Below, one piece after another: positions 59,069-64,000 of a stretch of 64,000 bases of DNA. The DNA comes from an uncultured Gemmatimonadales bacterium. GTDB lineage: Bacteria > Gemmatimonadota > Gemmatimonadetes > Gemmatimonadales > GWC2-71-9. The translations under genes were made by a program, and so were the position numbers. The notes below the pieces were generated by a model. The model was not told the origin of the DNA and searched no databases. It saw only the letters and a list, made by a program, of their open reading frames with translations. Position 1 is the first letter of the stretch; every line of letters starts with the position of its first letter. The stretch is from contig CAWHZQ010000003.1 of the NCBI GenBank assembly GCA_963833905.1, forward strand, positions 147,509 to 211,508, given 5' to 3'.

Positions 59069-59957
59069 ATGCCGGCCGTATCCCCTGAAATCCTGAAGCA
59101 GGTCAAGGGCATCGAGCTCCGCACGCGGGGGCTCGTCGGCTCGCTCTTCGCCGGCGAGTACCGCTCGGTCTTCCGCGGGCAGGGGATGGAGTTCGCCGAG
59201 GTGCGCGCCTACGAGGCGGGCGACGACTTCCGCTCGATCGACTGGAACGTCTCGGCCCGGCTGGGGAGCCCCTACGTCAAGACGTTCACCGAGGAGCGCG
59301 AGCTGACGCTCATGCTGCTCGTGGACCAGTCGGGCTCGACCCGGTTCGGCGAGCCGCTCACCAAGGGGTCGCTCGCGATCGAGGTGGCCGCGGTGCTCGC
59401 GCTCGCGGCCGCGCGCCAGAACGACCGGGTCGGCGCGCTCCTGTTCGCCGACGAGGTCGAGCGCGTGATTCCGCCGCGGAAGGGCCGGCGCCACGCGCTC
59501 CGCGTCATTCGCGACCTCGTCGCGTTCGAGCCGGTGGGACGGCGCACCAACCTGGCCGCGAGCCTCTCCTACGCGAGCCGGCTGCTGCGCCACCGGAGCA
59601 TCGTCGTGGTGCTGTCCGACTTCATCGCCGAGGGACTGGGAACAGCCGCTCCGCCGGCTGGCGGCGCGGCACGAGGTGGTGGCGATCACGGTGGACGATC
59701 CTCGCGAGCACGACCTGCCCGAGTCCGGCTGGATCGAGATGCAGGACGCCGAGTCCGGCCGGCGCGTGCTGGTCGACACCGGGAGCCGGGACGTCCGCAC
59801 GCGCGTGAGCGAGCTCAGCCGCGCGCGCCGCGAGGAGCGGAGCCGGGCGCTCGCCGCCGCGGGCACCGACCAGGTGCACCTGGAGACCGGCGTGCCGTAC
59901 GCCTTCCCGCTCCGGCGGGCGTTCGCGGCGCGCGCCCGGCGGATCAACCGCGGATGA
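59069..59957 (+). CDS. DUF58 family protein (MoxR-associated), with one frame break near 59635
   Basis: Motifs: EFAEVRAYEAGDDFRSIDWNVSARLG, LLVDQSGS. The C-terminus lies in ORF 59676..59957. Confidence 0.85.
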
Positions 59958-60759
59958 GTCGCCGGCCTCGCGCAGACGCCGGCGCGCCCACGGTGGGCGA
60001 CACGGTCTGGGTCGCCCGGACGGTCGCGGTGCCGGCGGGCGCCACGCTCCGGCCGGCCGACTGGGACGCGCCCGAGCCGATCGAGCGGCTGGGCGCGCCG
60101 GTGGTGACGGCGCGCGGCGACTCGGCCGAGGTGGCGTATCCGATCGTCGTCTGGCGTGCGGGGCCGCTCACCGTGGACATCCCGGGTCCGCTGGTCCTCC
60201 GGGCCGGCGGGCCGATCGACTCGCTGCCGCCGCGTCTCGGTGAGCCTCAGGATCGCCAGCGTCCTGCCGGCCGTGCCCCAGGATTCCGTGCTCGCTCCGC
60301 AGCCGCGCGCCGACTTCGTGCCCCGGACGAGCGCCACGCCGATTCCGCTGCTGGTGTTGCTCGCCGTTGGCCGCGCTGCTGCTCGCGCCGCTCCACTGGT
60401 GGTGGCGGCGGCGGGGCCACTCCGCGGCCGCGCCCCGCGCTCCCGGCGCCGGGACGCGGACGAGGCGCCGCTCGACCGCTGGGCGGACGCGGGAGAAACG
60501 CGCGCCGTCGCGTCGGTGGCCACGGCGCGGCTCCGCGGCGCTGATCGCCGCCCGGATGCCCGCGGCGCACGCCGGGCTCGACACCGAGTCCCTGCTGCAG
60601 GCCGTCGCCGCGCGCGCCGACTGGCCGCTCGCCGAGCTGGGTGACGTGCTGCGCTCGCTCGACGAGGCCCGGTTCGGCCACACCGCGTTTCCGGATGCGA
60701 TCGGCCTCGCGCGCTGGGTCGAGGAGCTCGGGCCGCGGCTCGTGCCGGAGGCCGCGTGA
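59954..60759 (+). CDS. Hypothetical membrane protein of the Bat-like operon (single TM followed by WWWRRR, DUF4381-like), with about 3 frame breaks
   Basis: ATG 59954 forms an ATGA overlap. The TM segment reads PIPLLVLLAV..ALLLAPLHWWWRRRG. The C-terminus LDEARFGHTAFPDAIGLARWVEELGPRL lies in ORF 60367..60759. Confidence 0.45.
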
Positions 60760-61731
60760 CGTTCGCCCGGCCGTGGCTGCTGCTGCTCCTGCTCGGCCTG
60801 CTCGTCTGGTGGTGGCGCCGGCGCCGCGGCGAGGTGCCGGCGGCACGGTACAGCGACGTGTCGATTCCCGCCGCCGTCAGCGCGCGGCGCTGGTGGGTCG
60901 CGCTGCCGCCGGTGTTCCGTGCCCTGAGCATCGCGGCGCTGATCCTGGCGGCGGCGGGGCCGCGCGTCGGCGGCGACACGGTCGAGGTGAAGCAGGAGGG
61001 CATCGCGATCGTCATCACGATCGACATCTCGAGCAGCATGCTCGCGGAGGACTTCGCGCCGTCCAACCGGCTCGCGGTCGCACAGCGCCAGGCGGTGGCG
61101 TTCATCCGCGGGCGCACGGCCGACCGCATCGGCCTGGTGGCGTTCGCGGGCGAGGCGCTGACGCAGGTGCCGGTCACGCTCGACTATCCCGTGATCGAGC
61201 AGGCCGTGATGGACCTCAAGATCGGCAGCCTCGAGGACGGCACCGCGATCGGCAGCGGACTCGCCACCGCGGTCAACCGCCTCCGCCGCGCGCCCGACAA
61301 GTCGAAGGTCGTCCTGCTCCTCACCGACGGCGAGAACAACCGGGGCCTGATCGACCCGCGCACCGCCGCCGCGACGGCGGCCGCCTACGGCATCAAGGTG
61401 TACACCATCGGCGTCGGCACCATCGGCGAGGCGCCCATCCCGACCGGGCGGGGGCTCGGCGGCTTCCGCTACGAGCTGCTGCCGGTCCGCATCGACGAGC
61501 CGCTCGCTGCGCGAGATCGCCTCGAAGACCGGTGGCCGCTACTTCCGCGCCCGGGACAGCGAGGCGCTGAGCCGCATCTTCCGCCAGATCGACGAGCTCG
61601 AAAAGTCGCCCATCCAGGTGACCCGCTACACGAAATACGAGGAAGCCACGCGGCCCCTGATCCTCCTCGGGCTCGCGGCCCTGGCGCTCGAGCTGGTGCT
61701 CGGCAGCACGCTGGTGGTGCGCGTCCCATGA
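60756..61731 (+). CDS. vWA-domain membrane protein (BatA-like), with one frame break near 61505
   Basis: GTG 60756 forms a GTGA overlap. An N-terminal TM is followed by VITIDISSSM (MIDAS) and LLLTDGENN. The tail after the break reads REIASKTGGRYFRA...VVRVP then TGA. Confidence 0.8.
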
Positions 61732-63356
61732 TGTTCGACGCGCCGCTCCTGCTGCTGCTCGCCCCGGCGCTCGGGCTGGCGCTGGGCTTCGCGGCCTGGC
61801 TCGGCCGCGGGCGCCGCATCCGGCTCGCGCGGCGGTGGTCGCCCGCGCTCGGGCGGCTCGCGCGTGCGCGCGGCACCTGGGCGCCGCTCGTCCTCGGCCT
61901 CACCGGGCTCGCGGCATCCGTGGCCCTGGCCGGCCCGCGCTGGGGCCGCACGCAGATCCGCACCGAGTCGCGGGCGCTGAGCCTCGTCTTCGCGATGGAC
62001 ATCAGCCGCTCGATGCTCGCCGAGGACGCGTCGCCCAACCGGCTGCAGCGCTCCATCCGCGAGGCGCGGCGGCTGATCCAGGACCTGGAGGGCGACCGGC
62101 TCGGCCTCATCGCCTTCGCCGGGCGGAGCTACATCCTGGCGCCGCTCACGGTGGACGGCAGCGCGATCCGCCTGTACCTCGACGCGCTCGATCCGGACCT
62201 CGCGAGCGAAGGCGGCTCGGATCTCTCGAGCGTGCTCGCCCAGGGCGGCCAGCTCCTCGGCGCCACCACCGATGCGGCCGACCGGGTGCTCGTGGTCTTC
62301 ACCGACGGCGAGGCCCACGACACGCTGACCGACATCGTCCGCCAGGCCGAGGCGCTGAAGGCGGCGGGCGTCCACCTGATCATGGTGGCCGAGGGGACGC
62401 CGGCCCCCTCGCGCATCCCCATCCGCGACTCGACGGGCACGCTCCTCGAATACAAGCGGGACGAGGACGGCACCGTCATTCAGACCCAGCGCCGGGACGA
62501 CATTCTCCGGGCCGTCGTGGACGCGGCCGAGGGCACGCTGGTGCCGAACGAGGCGGCCGACCAGGGCGGGGCGGTGCGCGACCTCGTGTCCGCGATGAAG
62601 CGGAGTCCGACCTCGGCGACGCGCACCGCCGACCTCGTGCCCCGCGCCTGGATCCCTGGGCTGGTCGCGGCGCTGCTGCTGCTCGCCTACACGATCGCGC
62701 GCCCGGGGCCCGCGCTCATCGGACTCGCCGGCCTGCTCGTGCTCGGCCGCACCGCCGAGGCCCAGCGGCCGACGGCCGGCGGGCGCGCGCTCGCCGCCGG
62801 CGACCCGACCCGCGCCGCGGCGGAGTTCCTGAAGGAGGCGGGCACCGGCCGCGCCAAGGACACCGCGTTCTACAACGCGGGCACCGCCGCGCTTCAGGCC
62901 GGACGGCTCGAGGTGGCGCGCGGCGCGCTGGTCGAGGCGGCCAAGTCGCTCGATCCGGGACTGCGATACCGGGCGCTGTACAACCTCGGCCTGGTGGGCC
63001 TGCTCGCGGCCCGTTCGGATACGTCGCGGCAGGAGGAGCTGCTCGACGACGCCACCGACCGGCTGCGCCAGGCGCTCCTGCTGGAGCCCTCGTCGGCCCG
63101 CGCCAAGTGGAACCTGGAGCTCGCCGAGCGCCGCCGTCCTCCGCCGCCGCCGCAGAGCGGAGGAGGCGCCGCGCCGCCGCCGCCGAGCGGCGGACCCAAG
63201 GCGCCGGAGCCGAAGCCGCCGCAGCCCGAGCCCCGGGACCTGTCGCAGAGCCAGGCCGAGCAGATCCTCAACTCGATGGAGCGGCGGGAGCGGTTGACCC
63301 GCGAGGAGCAGCAGCGCCGCATGGCCGGCTCCTCCGGCGGAGTGAAGGACTGGTGA
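61728..63356 (+). CDS. vWA-TPR fusion protein (BatB plus BatC-like) with a Pro-rich C-terminal segment
   Basis: It is intact at 542 aa. Motifs: VFAMDISRSM (MIDAS), VVFTDGEAHD. A mid-protein TM is followed by TPR-like helices (AFYNAGTAALQAGRLEVA) and then RRRPPPPPQSGGGAAPPPPSGGPKAPEPKPPQPEP. Confidence 0.8.
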   Translation: MMFDAPLLLLLAPALGLALGFAAWLGRGRRIRLARRWSPALGRLARARGTWAPLVLGLTGLAASVALAGPRWGRTQIRTESRALSLVFAMDISRSMLAEDASPNRLQRSIREARRLIQDLEGDRLGLIAFAGRSYILAPLTVDGSAIRLYLDALDPDLASEGGSDLSSVLAQGGQLLGATTDAADRVLVVFTDGEAHDTLTDIVRQAEALKAAGVHLIMVAEGTPAPSRIPIRDSTGTLLEYKRDEDGTVIQTQRRDDILRAVVDAAEGTLVPNEAADQGGAVRDLVSAMKRSPTSATRTADLVPRAWIPGLVAALLLLAYTIARPGPALIGLAGLLVLGRTAEAQRPTAGGRALAAGDPTRAAAEFLKEAGTGRAKDTAFYNAGTAALQAGRLEVARGALVEAAKSLDPGLRYRALYNLGLVGLLAARSDTSRQEELLDDATDRLRQALLLEPSSARAKWNLELAERRRPPPPPQSGGGAAPPPPSGGPKAPEPKPPQPEPRDLSQSQAEQILNSMERRERLTREEQQRRMAGSSGGVKDW

Positions 63357-64000
63357 GCGCGTCGCAGGGCGGACACGTGGCCTCGCGCGCTGGGGATCGC
63401 GGTCGCGCTTGCCGCCGGGCGAGTCGGGCCGGTGGCGGCGCAGGACAGCGGGCCCCAGCTCGAGGCGTCGGTCGACGAGGACCGCGTCTCCGTCGGGGAG
63501 GAGCTCACGTACACGCTCCGCGCGGTGAGCCACTCGCCGGTGCCGATGCAGGTCACCCTGGCGCCGTTCACCGGGCTCGAGATCGTGGCGCGGAGCGAGC
63601 GCACGGAGGTGGGCTTCGGCGCCGGACCGACCCGGACGACGGTGCTCGAGGTCCGCCTCCGCGCGGTGCGCCCCGGCCATTGGCAGATCGGGCCGGCGCG
63701 GGCGGCGCAGGGACGCGATACGGTCGAGGCCGCGCCGGTCGTGGTGGACGTCGCGGCCAATCGGGCCGCCACCGCCTCGACGCTGAGCCCGAGACTCCGC
63801 CGCCTGCTCGACCTCGCGGCGCCGCCACCGGCGGGCCAGCCCGCGGTCGACCTGCTCGTGTCCACGGACAGCGTCCGGGTGGGCGAGCAGGTGGACGTGG
63901 TCACCGCCGCGTGGTTCCCGCGCGATCTCAGGCTGCAGCTCCGCCGGCCCCCGACGCTCCAGCCGCCCGTGATCGACGGCGTGTGGAGCTTTCCGCAGGC
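63353..64000 (+). CDS. BatD-like protein, 3'-truncated by the window edge, with an early frame break near 63365
   Basis: The signal peptide ALGIAVALAAGRVGPVAAQD is followed by VSVGEELTYTLRAV, VRPGHWQIGPARA and VRVGEQVDVVTAAWFPRD. It continues past 64000. Confidence 0.6.
   Translation, partial: MSASQGGHVASRAGDRGRACRRASRAGGGAGQRAPARGVGRRGPRLRRGGAHVHAPRGEPLAGADAGHPGAVHRARDRGAERAHGGGLRRRTDPDDGARGPPPRGAPRPLADRAGAGGAGTRYGRGRAGRGGRRGQSGRHRLDAEPETPPPARPRGAATGGPARGRPARVHGQRPGGRAGGRGHRRVVPARSQAAAPPAPDAPAARDRRRVELSAG

Overview
This is a 64-kb, roughly 70% GC, gene-dense chromosomal segment. It holds about 60 genes. All but two genes and one gene remnant are on the + strand, and many are joined by ATGA/GTGA 4-nt overlaps. 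The content is core housekeeping. In order: ribD'-ribE-ribBA-ribH-nusB; a GT4 glycosyltransferase; hpf-hprK followed by a complete mannose-family PTS (IIA-IIB-IIC-IID-HPr-EI); metK-ahcY; a cobalamin-riboswitch operon (btuF/C/D-like, TonB-dependent receptor, beta-propeller lipoprotein); recO-selB; clpB; tadA; two tRNA-Ser; a hybrid PAS histidine kinase; a bPH/zinc-ribbon membrane protein; an ADP-ribosylglycohydrolase; cysK; type III glutamine synthetase; an amine/amino-acid catabolic cluster (two class-III aminotransferases, aldehyde dehydrogenase, CoA-transferase A/B, APC permease); a TolB/CehA-like hydrolase; a YfbK-like vWA protein; an extended SDR; pyrR-pyrB-pyrC; rpsT; an M50 protease; scpA-scpB-rluB; and a MoxR-DUF58-vWA (Bat-like) operon. 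Gene content and repeat types suggest a Gemmatimonadota/Acidobacteriota-like soil bacterium, but that is inference only. Three things go beyond routine annotation. (1) About 70 reading-frame breaks interrupt clearly conserved genes. Most are +1 and they are strongly clustered, so they are most likely assembly or sequencing indels. They create false fusions such as a 1489-aa ORF. (2) Two families of intergenic palindromic (REP-like) elements occur. One has stems built from tandem 8-9-nt units, with fully compensated variants (CACAGAGG versus CACGAAGG). (3) The B12 operon ends in a lipoprotein beta-propeller placed like Bacteroides BtuG, and it carries a REP hairpin 5 nt upstream of the receptor start codon. 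I found no defence island, mobile element, CRISPR array or biosynthetic cluster, and no convincing wholly novel multi-gene system. The findings below are scored accordingly. All protein-family calls rest on motif recognition by eye; no searches were run.
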